Shown in pieces: positions 41,215 to 56,404 of a DNA stretch of 64,000 nucleotides. The notes below the pieces were generated by a model. That model had not been told where the DNA came from and searched no databases. It was given only the letters and a program-made list of their open reading frames with translations. Source of the DNA: Octopus vulgaris. Its lineage: Eukaryota. The DNA lies in the NCBI GenBank assembly GCA_951406725.2, contig OX597814.1:18848001-18912000 (forward strand). Direction: 5' to 3'. Every line of letters begins with the position of its first letter. Position 1 is the stretch's first letter. A program made the position numbers and the translations under genes.

Positions 41215-41625
41215 TTATCTTTTATTTATAACTGTAATTACACTGCGACCATGCTGTGATACCATCTTTTAGAGTATTTTGTCGAACAAATCAACCATGA
41301 TACGTATTGAATTCGGTATTGATTCTATCGATCTCTTTATTCCGAGACCCTGCGTCATGGGGATATAAAGAAACCAGCACCGGTTGACAAGTGTTGGAAG
41401 AAACAGACAGACACAGACAGATAGGCACACATGCAGTCAAACACACACTCACACGCATATACATACATACGACGGGCTTCAACACGGTTTCCGTTTGCAA
41501 TATTCTTTCAAAAGGCATTATTTGGCTCGAAATATAATAGAAGATACTTGTAAGGCTGCCGTGCAATGATATTGAACTGGAAACCACATGTTTGGAGAGC
41601 GATCTTCTTAACGACACAGTACACT
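41215..41625 (-). mobile_element. Old SINE family B
   Basis: Diverged but colinear blocks. Confidence 0.7.
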
Positions 41626-42362
41626 TACACTCATTCAGTTTATTTGCAGCAGCGCATTGTATATAGATTGCTTTATGGATTATACTTATGTTTTGATATT
41701 TTTGTACACACTGGTACTTCTATTTTTCTTTGATTTGGAATTATTATTATAAAATATCTTTACTGTTTGTTGTATCTATTTTTACTACCTCCAATCATAT
41801 CTTTGTTTACTCAGCAAACATGAACCAGTATTTTTGGAGGAGTCTATACTCCTTTTGTCGACAGAGATTACCTTGTATAGAAAATCAATGGTTCTGCTTT
41901 TGAATATTGTATTCTTGATTAAATTGATTGGGACCCATTCAAGAGAGATCCAAGTCTTCGCTTTGTTTTGAGAATTTCCGGGATTTGAATCGAAGGTCGT
42001 GTTTCTCTTCTGTACTTATGACTATTGTACAAGAAATTCTTCCATTGCATGCACTATATCAAAGATATTCTTTCATAGATAATGTTTTCCAATGTAGAAT
42101 TTTCACTCTACAAATGGAGTAACATTTCATCGAATATTTCAGTTCTCTTATATTCATTATCCGTGATGACTCAGACTTTACGGTTAAATGTTTGTTTCCA
42201 TTGATAGTGTTAAAAAAAAAACAGGAATAGTGTATATTATTTGTTTCTGTCACGGGACTGACGCCAAGACGGATAACACTACCTTAAATTGTTAAGTCAA
42301 ACAAATCGACCTCATCCTCTCCTTTGCCAAACCGACAAGTTACGGGGACGTAAACAAACGTT

Positions 42363-42901
42363 CATACGTACATACATACATACATACATACATACATACA
42401 TACATGCATGCATGCATACATACATACATACATACATACATACATAGCATACATACATACATACATACATACATACATGCATGCATGCATGCATGCATAC
42501 ATACATACATACATACATGCATGCATACATACATACATACATACATACATACATACATACATACATACATACTCACATACATACATACATGCATACATAC
42601 ATGCATGCATACATACATACATACATACATACATGCATGCATACATACATACATACATACATACATGCATACATACATGCATACATACATACATACATGC
42701 ATACATACATACATACATACATGCATACATACATACATACATACATACATACATACATACATGCATGCATGCATGCATGCATACATACATACATACATAC
42801 ATACATACATACATACATACATACATACATACATACATACATACATACATACATACATACATACATACATACATACATACATACATACATACATACATAC
42901 A

Positions 42902-42935
<34 letters not shown>

Positions 42936-43427
42936 CATACATACATACATACATACATACATACATACATACATACATACATACATGCATGCATGCATAC
43001 ATACATACATACATGCATACATACATACATACATACATACATGCATACATACATACATACATACATACATGCATGCATGCATGCATACATACATACATAC
43101 ATACATACATACATACATGCATGCATACATACATACATACATACATGCATGCATGCATACATACATACATACATACATACATACATACATGCATACATAC
43201 ATACACACACACACACACAAACATACATGCATGCATACATACATACATACATACATACATACATACATGCATACATACATGCATACATACATACATACAT
43301 GCATACATACATACATACATACATGCATACATACATACATACATATATACATGCATACATACATACATACATACATACATACATACATACATGCATGCAT
43401 ACATACATACATACATACATACATACA

Positions 43428-43459
<32 letters not shown>

Positions 43460-43564
43460 CATACATACATACATACATACATGCATACATACATGCATAC
43501 ATACATACATACATACATACATACATACATACATACATACATACATACATACATACATACATAC
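42363..43564. repeat. 1.2-kb (TACA)n/(TGCA)n array
   Basis: Direct reading; source of the 350-460 aa YVCM/HTYI ORFs. Confidence 0.97.
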
Positions 43565-44363
43565 GGTGAAAAAGAGGAAACCTATGCTGGACTATTGAGA
43601 AATCTGCATTCACTCTATTCAGATTACGAGTTCAGGTTTATACCTGTAATTATTGGGGCCTTGGGGTGTGAAACACACTGCCTAACTACCAATATTGGAC
43701 AAATTTGGCTTCTCAAGACCAGAAAGGAGAAGGCAAATTCGAAGACTACAGATCCAATTCATCACTGGAACTGTAAAAATCTGTAAAACTTTCCAGACGT
43801 TTATCCTTTAAATATATATGAGCATGTCTTGATATGCAACTATATGCATGAGAATACATACATAAAATATACAAATCTAGACATACATACATACATACAT
43901 ACATACATACATACATACATACATACATACATACATACATAATACATTCATACATACATACATACATACATACATATGTAACGCTATCCATCTTGTAAAA
44001 TTAGGCTTGTCAAAACCAGAAAAGGGAAAGCTGATTCGAAGATTCCAGATCCAAGCCATCAATGGAACTGTAAGAATCCGTAAAACTCTATGTAAGTTGA
44101 TCATTTAAGTATATATATATGTGCATGTCTAGAATGCAATTAATATGCGTGAGAATACATACATAGAACAGGACATACAAATCTGCACATGTACTGACTC
44201 AAAATGCTGCACATATACACGAAAAACATGCAAAAATATCCTGTTGATGTTGTTGAAATTCCAATGAAGGAGCCTTTGATCTAGGTTAGAAACTGGCCCT
44301 TTCTCTGTTGGCAAGAAATCTTGAAATAAAACTGAATAATGTCATACATACACACACACACAC

Positions 44364-44396
<33 letters not shown>

Positions 44397-45178
44397 CATA
44401 CATACATAAATATATACATACATACATACAAACATACATACATACATACATACATACATACATACATACATACATACATACATACATACATACATACATG
44501 CATGCATGCATGCATGCATACATACATACATACATACATACATACATACATACATACATACATACATACATACATGCATACATACATACTTACACACATA
44601 CACACACACATACATACATACATACATACATACATACATACATACATACATACATACATACATACATACATACATACATACATAGGAATATGTATGTTCT
44701 CAAGGAATACTAGTGGTATATTCCAATCAAAACCTGTGTCAAATGTAAGCACAACAGGCCGGATATTGTTGTTTGGGAAAGAAGAGCAAAGGGGTCAGCT
44801 GCCCTGCAGATATAAATATCACTTTGAAAATAAAAGAAAAAGCGGATATCTACGGAAAACTGCTCTGAAACCTCCAGCTTCTATATGTAGACTATGAATT
44901 CATATTCATACCAATAATAATTGGAGCAATAGGTATTGTTGGTAAATGCTGAAAGAACAATCCGGATAAACTGGGATTTTTCGATAGAGAAATCGATCGG
45001 CTGATTCGTATATTGCAAGTGGAATCCGTGAGTGGAACAGTAAATATATGCAAGTTCCAAATGTGAATTTGTCTGTGTTAACTACATCTCAAAGATGGAG
45101 CCTTGTATCTTTGTTGGAAACCGGCTCCCTCCTCAGTGGAAGATTTATAATAGTTTTATAATAATTAAAAAATAGAAA
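43565..45178 (+). mobile_element. Three tandem 3' fragments of an R4/Dong-like RLE non-LTR retrotransposon separated by (TACA)n
   Basis: 43565: EKEETYAGLLRNL..FRFIPVIIGALG..GTVKICKTF; 43977-44342: ORF end plus 3' UTR; 44683-45065: EY*WYIPIKTCVKCKHNRPDIVVWE..VSCPAD..K..IYGKL..FIPIIIGAIG..SGTVNICKF (PD..E..K..Y RLE motif). Confidence 0.8.
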
Positions 45179-45182
45179 GACA

Positions 45183-45268
<86 letters not shown>

Positions 45269-45420
45269 CATACTTAAATACATATATACATACATATATA
45301 CATATAATCAATGGAATGATTACAAATCGAAGAAAATTACAATTATCACATTAACAATATTATAAGAATATATTATACAATAAATAAACGATTACTAAAA
45401 CAATGGTCCCTTGAATACAC

Positions 45421-45422
45421 AC

Positions 45423-45453
<31 letters not shown>

Positions 45454-45557
45454 CACATTCGTACATACATACATACATATACACATTCGCACATACATAC
45501 ATACATACATACATACATACATACATACATACATACGTACGTACATACATATACACA

Positions 45558-45589
<32 letters not shown>

Positions 45590-45645
45590 CACATACGTAC
45601 ATACATACATACATACATACATACATACATACATACATACACACA

Positions 45646-45677
<32 letters not shown>

Positions 45678-45820
45678 CACATACATACATACATACATAC
45701 ATACATACATACATACATACATACATACACACATACGTACATACATACATACATACATACGTACATACATACATACGTACATATATACGTACATACATAC
45801 ATACATACATATACACATAC

Positions 45821-45851
<31 letters not shown>

Positions 45852-45854
45852 CAC

Positions 45855-45885
<31 letters not shown>

Positions 45886-46103
45886 CACATACATACATAC
45901 ATACATACATATACACATACATACATACATACATACATACATACGTACATACATACATACATATACATACATACATACATACATACATACATACATACAT
46001 ACATACATACATACATACATACATACATACATACATACATACATACATACATACATACATACATACATACATACATACATACATACATACATACATACAT
46101 ACA
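45421..46103. repeat. (TACA)n array
   Basis: Direct reading. Confidence 0.95.
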
Positions 46104-46696
46104 TAAGTAATGATCTCATGGGGGATTTTCTCTGACTCCATTACTTCGTCAGTCTTAGCCAGATACATTTTTACATTATCCTGAGCACATATTATTTCCT
46201 TCTCCTTCCCCCCGTTTCTAACGTTCACGCCTTCTTTTCTTACCTCGTTCCTTACCATAATACACCTCAACCATACCTTTCATTCACACTTTCATTTTTC
46301 TCCTTTTCAAAATTGAAGTTCTCTACAATGCCATCGTAAGCATTAATAAAGTTGAAGGATGTTCGCAGCGGCGTTCTTCAGGAAATTTCCTTTAACTTAA
46401 AAGGCCCTTGGCAATTGTATTGAAAAATTATTAATTATTTGTAAAACAGGAATTTAAAAAAAAAAAAAGAAATGAGAAACAAAAATCAAACTATAAGAAA
46501 GAAAGAAAGCGAAAAAAAATAATAAATAAATGCAAGCAAAAACTCTATAAACAATGAATGATTACAAATCGATAAAAATGACAATTATCACTTTAAAAAT
46601 ATTATAACAATATACTATACAATAAATAACCGATTACTAAAACAATGGTTCCTTGTATACACACACACGTACACAGACAAACACACACAAAAACAT

Positions 46697-46783
<87 letters not shown>

Positions 46784-47367
46784 ATATATGTATATATATA
46801 TATATGTATGTATATATAAATATAAATATTATATATATATATATATACATATATGTATATATATATATATATATATGTATCTATGTATGTATGAATGCAT
46901 GGATGTACGTATACATATAGATACATATTTGCATATATGTATATATATATATATATACGTGTGTGTGTGTGTGTGTGTGAGTATGAATATATACATATAT
47001 AGATGCATGTGTATGTGTGTACGTAGATATGTATACGTGTGTGTGTGCTTATCTATTGCTTGTTTGTTTTGATATTGATTGTCTGATATAATGAAAGAAT
47101 AATGAACATCCAAAAGGAAATATAAAAAAGAACAATATTGCAAAGGAAAATGAACGGCAACGTAAAATAATACACAGAAACACACCAGGTAAGTTTGGTT
47201 GATTAAAATTACAGTTGCGCTTACACAGATCAAATATAAAAGCATAGACGCATTTCACAACACACGCTTACACATACAGACACTAGGACAGAGAGGCAGA
47301 CGATATACAATGACATGCTAAATACAACAACAACAACAACAGCAATAAAAACAGCAACAACAACAAC

Positions 47368-47419
<52 letters not shown>

Positions 47420-47554
47420 GCAACAACAAACATATTAATAAAATGTACATAAAATCAAAACAAAAAAAAAGAAAAAGAAAAAATATCACGAAAGCTATTT
47501 GTTGAATGGAAGAACAAAGACGAATTAGAAAGAGAATAGAAAGATGAAGAAAAG

Positions 47555-47600
47555 ATGATCATGATGATGATGATGATGACAATCCTGATGATGATGATGA

Positions 47601-47633
<33 letters not shown>

Positions 47634-48121
47634 TGAAGATGATGATGATGACGGCGATGACTATGATGGTGATGATGATGATGATGATGATGATGATAAT
47701 GATGATGATGACGACGATTGTGATGATGACGGCCGTGATGATAATGATGATGATGATGACGATGATGAAAACGATGACAACGACAATGACTATGATGACG
47801 GTGATGATGATGCTGTTGATGATGATGATGATGATGATGATGAGGAGGAGGAGGAGGAGGAGGAGGAGGAGGAGGAGGAGGAGGAGGAGGAGAAGAAATA
47901 GAAAGAAACAAAGATAAAGAAAAGATGACGATGGCGATCATGAAGAAGACGAAGAAGAAGAAGAAGAAGAAGAAGAAGACCAAGAAGAAGAAGAAGAAGA
48001 AGAAGAAGAAGAAGAAGAAGAAGAAGAAGAAGATGAAGAAGAAGAAGAAGATGAAGAAGAAGAAGATGAAGAAGAAGAAGAAGAAGAAGAAGAAATAGAA
48101 AAATAATAATAATAATAATAA

Positions 48122-48168
<47 letters not shown>

Positions 48169-48193
48169 AATAGAAAAATAATAATAATAATAA

Positions 48194-48224
<31 letters not shown>

Positions 48225-48235
48225 AAGAAGAAGAA
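47555..48235. repeat. Compound (GAT)/(GAC)/(GAG)/(GAA)/(TAA)n tract
   Basis: Direct reading. Confidence 0.93.
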
Positions 48236-48527
48236 CGGCTGGAGAACACCGAGGATGAGGATGCTGGTTCTTCAATCAGCCAGTGTAGCACTCACACACA
48301 TGCGCACACACTTTAATCTTGTAAACAAATAATAATGGAATAAAACAAAACAAGAACAGAAGTAATAATTGGATATCAATCAAAACAACGCACAATTGGT
48401 GTATTTCTTTTGTCTCGACACCTCTTTGATTTTTATACATGCTTCGCTGTTTAATTACTTAATTACACACACTTTTTTACGTCTCTCCGCCACACGCCGC
48501 TTCTACCTAACAACCCCATCTCTCACT

Positions 48528-48595
<68 letters not shown>

Positions 48596-48765
48596 CTTGT
48601 ATCTTGTTCCACTTTTACTTATTCCTTCTTTAATTTCTATTGTATTTTTCCAAGTTTTCTTAATTTCTATCTTTCCATGATTTTCTTCTTCGTCTTTGGA
48701 TTGCAAAAATTACCTGAAACAACTTTTTGCACTTTCGCTTTTTCTGTTGCTTATATGTGCATATG

Positions 48766-48796
<31 letters not shown>

Positions 48797-48826
48797 GTAT
48801 GTATGTAAATATATATATATATATAT

Positions 48827-49402
48827 AATATTAAATTAGAGACAAAACCACTATTAGGCAAATCAAACAATGAAAGACTTAAGCCAATACATATGATTAA
48901 TTTATATTATTTAAATATGTAACAAAATTATTAAAAAATATAATTAATATCACACTACGATCGTTTCATGCCTGCTGTCTTCAAATTTTTGAGTCGCAGT
49001 CATTCTTCAGGTGGTTTAAATATCTAAAATATAATCAATATTTTTAAGATACAAATAATATATATAATATAATAATTTACTTATAATAAACTCTATTATT
49101 AAATATGATTATATCGAAATCGACTATAATGTTAAATATTAACTTTAATTTATATGCACACAAGTACACAGGGCCAAACCGATTTCAAGCCAATTAGATA
49201 GATTTGTTCTAACTGGGGCCCACGCCAAGAGAGTGGCCTGTGCACACGCTCAAGCGCAGGACTCTATGATGAATTTTAGTATTTCACTTAGCTAATGGGG
49301 AGCCTCTAGCCCTCACCTATTTTGGTTGAGCCTTGTGTACTACACGAAGCATAAAGTATCAATCTTCAGCTTTTGTAGAGTGGAGGGTCCTTCTGACATT
49401 TT
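48827..49402 (-). mobile_element. Penelope-like element 3' region with hammerhead
   Basis: Bounded by (TA)n on both sides; contains the 48953-49013 ribozyme; its proximal part is duplicated in inverted orientation at 49637-49888. Confidence 0.7.
48953..49013 (-). ncRNA. Type I hammerhead ribozyme
   Basis: Minus: CAC-CUGAAGA-AUGaCUGC..UCAAA/UUUGA..GCAGgCAU-GAAAC-GAUC-GUA-GUG. Confidence 0.78.
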
Positions 49403-49426
49403 ACACATATATATACATATATACAC

Positions 49427-49499
<73 letters not shown>

Positions 49500-49888
49500 T
49501 ATTTTCAATTCCCGAGCGTTATACTAATACATCTGTTTGTTTTCTACACCACCCGTTCTCGTCTTTTGTTCTTTTGTGAATTCTCCCCTATGTATATATA
49601 CAGAGATAGCGCAAGTAATTGCGGGTCCCAATTAAAAAAATGTCAGAAGGACCCTCCACTCTACAAAAGCTGAAGATTGATACTTTATGCTTCGTGTAGT
49701 ACACAAGGCTCAACCAAAATAGGTGAGGGCTAGAGGCTCCCCATTAGCTAAGTGAAATACTAAAATTCATCATAGAGTCCTGCGCTTGAGCGTGTGCACA
49801 GGCCACTCTCTTGGCGTGGGGCCCAGTTAGAACAAATCTATCTAATTGGCTTGAAATCGATTTGGCCCTGTGTACTTGTGTGCATATA
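49151..49888. repeat. 252-bp inverted repeat (49151-49402 / 49637-49888)
   Basis: Arms are reverse complements with 2 mismatches by eye; 234-bp spacer. Confidence 0.95.
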
Positions 49889-51465
49889 TGTGTGAGATTG
49901 ACTGAAACACTAACATCCAATTTTCTAAATCAATCTTGCTATTGATTAAATGGCTACGTTAATTAATGGATAATGAACCCGATTGATTAGAAAACCTTCT
50001 CTTAACAATTTTCTCTTAACAATTTTTTACATTAAAAGCTTCTTCTCACAGTCAATTCTAGTATAAATTACCACAATAGTCCATTTTATTATTCTGAGCC
50101 TGGGTGTATTTCACCATCTACCTGGTGTGAATCAAGGAGTGAGTCTCTACACGAGTTGATAAATAAATTACCCACGAAGTATATCACTATCGTTTGCCTG
50201 TGATGCTGTGGTTTTAATACTGTGGCCAATGTTTTAAAAATGAAATGAGATGTTTACGACTGCAAACTCATTTGACCATATTTTTGCATGGCCGGAAATG
50301 ATCTTCGCAAAACATGAGTTGTCGGATCCAATTCTACTGTGTAGCATCTTGAGCAGATATTATTTTGAATAGTCACGCCTCGACTGGTAACTTTCGAGTG
50401 AAGCCTGATTGACGGAAACTGTACAGAAGCAGCCAGTCAAATGTACTATAACAGTAAATCAAAAGTACATTCAAAAGTACAGTATTGTTGCATACTGTGC
50501 CACGTACTTATTTTCTTCTGTTTGTTTTAGTGTACACGTATCAGCTTAATGTTTCTCTACACAAACGATTATATACAATAATATTTATATAATTCGTTTG
50601 ATCGAACTTAATATTCATCGTCGAATCTTTATGCAGGAAGTGATAAAATCAAGTTTCGATCTCAAACGGAAGAGAAGAGCACTACCAAACAAATAACAGT
50701 GGAGCATTATGACTGGTGAGGTTCCGTGTATTGAGTGACTGAATGAACAAAGATAAAAGTGAAAAGTATTAGTTTCTGCAGTTGAACATATCACTTTTCT
50801 TGAATTCAACCCTTGGTCACTAGGTATGACACCAACAATACATAGACTACTTTTCGTTCTTCCGAATGCCTGATGTACGCTTGATCTTGATACAATATTT
50901 GTATTTTCCTTTGTGATGTATACTGTGCCGTACCAGAAAACTAACTAGCACACCGGTAACCAGCTGGCTTGGAAAAGATTCTAGTTATGTGTTCCCATAA
51001 AAAGCGTGAAACTCGGGCCTATGATACAGAATTGTTGTCGCGTTTTACTGTTGAAATTATATCACCTTTGATGGTGACGTAGAGCTAAGTGGGTCCAACA
51101 GTGAAGAGTAATCATAAAATATATTACCGTCTCAATCTTTCGCGTTATTAACTTATAGAGAATGTTCGTTTTTCAGTCATTGAAAACATTCCATATATCA
51201 GTGAGTCGTATCTCAGTGAATTTCAACCTCATGGGGTGTATATAGTAGAATACCTTCTGGTACAACTGAATGCTTAAGTTAATTATCCCTTTATAGAATT
51301 TAGTTTTGTGGAACTATACCTGAATGCAAACCCACAGGAATAGCAGATTTAGAATGATAAACAAACAAATAATACATTACCTCTTTTATACCTATATAGC
51401 TTCATATATAATTATTAGGTGGACAGAGCTATTTGGGATATATAGCGCAGGACTATATTCTTTTT

Positions 51466-51660
51466 TTCCTATAGGGACGATCCAGCAAGCTCGAGGGATG
51501 GGCTAGTCGATTAGATCGACCCCCAGTACTGAACTGGTACTTATTTCATCAACTCCGAAAGGATGAAAGGTAAAGTCGACCTCGGCAGAATTCAAACTCA
51601 GAACGTAAAGACGGACGAAATAGAGCGAAGCATTTTTTGTCCAGCACGCTAACGATTCTG
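51466..51660 (-). mobile_element. SINE family C
   Basis: Reverse complement of the family C core. Confidence 0.8.
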
Positions 51661-52224
51661 GAAAAAAGTCTTATCTCTTAATACCAGTCAGCTCTCCGAT
51701 CAGAACCGACTAGTATTAAGTAACAAAATACTAACAACTACATTAACTCACAACTTCAGATAATAGTTTAGGAATAATATCTGATTATTTCAGGTAAGCA
51801 GTGGTTTACAGGATGGATACAATATTTATACAATATTTATATGTTTACTTATTAGAAATTTACATTCTACTTTAGTGCAAGTTTGATGTTCTTTGTGTAA
51901 TACTTTTTTTTTTCTACAAGTGATCTAACATTTCTTTCACCCCCCCCCCACCCCACCCCATTTATTACCTTTTTTTTTCTCTTTAAAATTTTCAATTTAC
52001 CTATTTTTTTTTTTTTTGTTTTCTGTTTCTGCTTCTTCCTCACTTCAACTTTTAATTAATCGTGACGCACAAACTTTTTTCTACCACTCAAATTTCATAG
52101 ATCTTTCTGTGACATGCATCACCCTCACCGCCGCTATAATAAAGATAATAGTGATAATGATGATGATGATGATGATGATGATGACGACGATGACGACGAT
52201 GACATCAACATCATCAACAACACC

Positions 52225-52371
<147 letters not shown>

Positions 52372-53568
52372 TGCAGCATCAGCACTGTCGTTATCATCAC
52401 GAACATCAACGTCAGAGAGAACGCAATAACAGTAGTAGACCATATGTACTTTTACCTATTTATACCACATACGTGTGTATAAATGTGTGCACGTGCAATC
52501 ATTTGTGAACAATATATACATACGTGTGTCTTATATCTGCCTCTATGTAAGCACTGGGTTTTCTATTTTGGTTGTTGCTTTGGTTTCGGTTCACAAAATT
52601 TCCAGCTGTGACAGTCACATCTTTTTGTCTCACAGATATAGCATATCGAGTCCCATATAATCTAAAGTTACTTTCCGTTTTTTAAGTCATAATATCGGCG
52701 GAATTTCACAGCTGGTTTTTGGTATGACCAAGAAATACGTTGAGGTGCCATCTTTAGCTTATTGCATTCCTATTATTATAGTAGTGTGGGTTTTGTTTAC
52801 ACTTCCTACAATCTGTATTTCTCTATTCCAAAGCTTTTAGCTTTAAATAGTCTTCCCATGTCTTCCATAAGTAATATGCAGATTAGCAGACAATAATATA
52901 TGAATATATGAACGGTAATACAAATTGACAGAGTCGACAGGAGTGGGACATATTGAGATCGTTGCTGTTCACCTCCACAGCTGCTGCTGAACTAAACGCA
53001 AGGCATTAGGCACGCATTTTTAGCAGTCGGTGGCGTCACAAGTGGATGGTCGATAGTCGATCGGAACAGAGACGGAACGAAGCACTTAATTTAGTTACTA
53101 AAGAAAGAATAATAAATAGTCTTACAATTATAGAAACAATTATCTTCAGAGATCTCCATTAAGAAAGAAAAATAACTAAGGCGCTGAACTAGTAGAATTA
53201 TTAAAATATCAGGTAGAATGTATTTCCTCCGTGCAATCTGATAATACATTTTGCTATCTTTTTAGGAATCAATAATTAGAGTACCAGTCAAAATTGGTAG
53301 ATTTACAAAGTTCAAAGAGACTAACGGGTGCCTTGTATTATCGTCTCCATCATTTTTTTTTGTCGCTGTTATGCCTACGAAGGCACGGGAAACACTTTCT
53401 CGTGTGGAGACAAGTGATTTGCGTACATGGAAACTGTTCAACCGCCGTAAGAAAACGTTAGCCACTTTGAAGCGGTGCTTTTCATGTGCAATTTCTTAGT
53501 CTAACGAGTGAATACGAAATCTCCACAAGGTATGTATTAATAGAAACAAATTGTATGGCGTGTATTTT

Positions 53569-53897
53569 TTTTTTTAAAGACTCCGCCGGTTACGACGACG
53601 AGGGTCCCAGCTGATACGATCAACGGAACAGCTTGCTCGTGAAATTAACGTGCAAATGGCTGAGCATTCCACAGACACGTGTACCCTTAACGTAGTTCTC
53701 GGGGATAATCAGCGTGACACAGAGAGTGACAAGGCTGACCCTTTGAAATACAAGTACAACTCATTTTTGCCAGCTGAGTGGACTGGAGCAACGTGAAATA
53801 AAGTGTCTTGCTCAAGGACACAACGCGTCGCCGGGAATCGAACTCACAACCTTACGATCATGAGCCGAATGCCCCAACCACTAAGCCACGCGCCCTC
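53569..53897 (-). mobile_element. SINE family D (different tRNA head, tail type 1), 12-bp TSD
   Basis: TSD ggcgtgtatttt at 53557-53568 and 53898-53909; 3' half shared with the 14574 and 57686 copies. Confidence 0.9.
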
Positions 53898-54088
53898 GGC
53901 GTGTATTTTACTGACCAAGCGGTCGATGAAGATGTAACTATGGACAATAGAAAGCATAGTCGCCACCCTACAATACCTGCCGCCATCTAGCGTTGAAAAG
54001 AGGACAATATAAATAGAGGGATGACGGAATAAGCGAACGTGAAAAAAAAAATACAAATGTAAGAAAGTGAAAAAAGACAAGTATATTA

Positions 54089-54487
54089 GGAGTGGCTGTG
54101 TGGTAAGTAGCTTGCTAACCAACCACATGGTTCCGGGTTCAGTCCCACTGTGTGGCATCTTGGGCAAGTGTCTTCTGCTATAGCCCCGGGCCGACCAATG
54201 CCTTGTGAGTGGATTTGGTAGACGGAAACTGAAAGAAGCCTGTCGTATATATGTATATATATATATATAAGTGTGTGTGTGTATATGTTTGTGTGTCTGT
54301 GTTTGTCCCCCTAGCATTGCTTGACAACCAATGCTGGTGTGTTTACGTCCCCGTCACTTAGCGGTTCGGCAAAAGAGACCGATAGAATAAGTACTGGGCT
54401 TACAAAGAATAAGTCCCGGGGTCGATTTGCTCGACTAAAGACGGTGCTCCAGCATGGCCGCAATCAAATGACTGAAACAAGTAAAAG
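54089..54487 (+). mobile_element. SINE family B, 9-bp TSD
   Basis: TSD agtatatta at 54080-54088 and 54488-54496. Confidence 0.92.
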
Positions 54488-54720
54488 AGTATATTACTGA
54501 AATTGTAAACGTGTAAAAATAGATTAGTAAACAACAAGATTTTACAGAGATAATTTATATTGGAGCAAAAACGATGTTACATATCAAAATAACTGAGTAA
54601 CTAAGAATGTTGTTACTCAGTCAAATAAATAGAAAAATATTTTAGCAATATTTGAGTAACAGAAATGCGGTAATGAAAAACGTAATGAGAACAGCGTAGG
54701 AAGTGCGTAACCCGATTAAA

Positions 54721-55115
54721 ATGTAAAATAATTAAGTATGGAATAATATAGAAGAAGGAAGGATTGACTAGTGAAAATGAAAGATAATAGTTTAGTTTAT
54801 TAACAGAAGAGTAATAATGTATTTGAAACAGAAGATTGCCGTTTATCGGAAGAATAACATTATAATTTAACAAGAAGGAGCAACATTGGACGAAAGGATA
54901 ACGATTAAACAAAAAAAAATGTAAAATAATTAAGTATGGAATAATATACAAGAAAGAAGGACTGACTAGTGAAAATGAAAGATAATACTTTAGCTTATTA
55001 ACAGAAGAGTAATAATGTATTTGAAACAGAAGATTGCCGTTTATCGGAAGAATAACAGTATAATTTAACAAGAAGGAGCAACATTGGACGAAAGGATAAC
55101 GATTAAACAAAAAAA
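54721..55115. repeat. 198-bp tandem duplication
   Basis: Units start at 54721 and 54919 with few substitutions. Confidence 0.92.
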
Positions 55116-55784
55116 TAATGAACACATTTAACACGATATATATTTTACAAAAATGAACGTCTTTCAACGCCAGAAGAATGATAAGCGTGTAAGAGCGATT
55201 TATGATTAAACTTTAGCAGAAGGATATTAATTTCATATAAAGGAAAATAGCAAATTATTTAAATGATAACAATGTAGCAGTCAATGAAGAGTGTGATTCA
55301 TAAAAGGATGGAATATAACAGAATACTGACCAGAAAGCATAGAGTGAAGAATATTTTATGCGAGGAATATATTTATTTATCGGAAAAATAAAAATCTATG
55401 AGGAAATTAAGGAGTATTGAAAAGCAAAATTATAAAACGAAACAAAAAAAAAGATGGCAAATGAAAACTATGGTTGAATATGACGTATGGGAACCCATCA
55501 TCCTTTTATTGATTGATTTATGTACCTATGTAGCCGGGAGCAAGCATAGTTGCCATCTCGGTAATGTAACCTTTTGGACCAGCTGGAAGGAAAGGTGCTG
55601 GATCCGAACTATGCTAATAATCATCGTAAGATCAGTAAAAGGGAGTTTTGTGAAATGAAGAGTGTCGTTTAATGACATCACTTACCTCGTCTAAAAACAG
55701 AACTCAAGTTCTTATTGCCTTAAGCCCAGCCCTACAAATCAGTTAAGCATACATCCAGCACAAAAACGTAAAATATCACAAAAT

Positions 55785-56316
<532 letters not shown>

Positions 56317-56404
56317 AGCATTTTAAGAGAAAATGAAAACTAACAATCTATTTTACCGACGTGATTCTAACTAGAGGCAAACTATATACAGAAATCTATC
56401 AGTT

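Noticed and set aside
41900-42160. Very decayed PLE endonuclease remnant (also about 12900-13250)
   Set aside because: Only scattered motif-like words across frameshifts; cannot be supported without an HMM search.
42340-43786. 346-460 aa ORFs (YVCM/HTYI repeats)
   Set aside because: Stop-free frames of the (TACA)n array; only the last codons of 42404-43786 come from the RLE retrotransposon.
54613-55167. 184-aa ORF with an internal repeat
   Set aside because: Produced by the 198-bp (multiple of 3) tandem duplication in AT-rich DNA; no recognisable domain.
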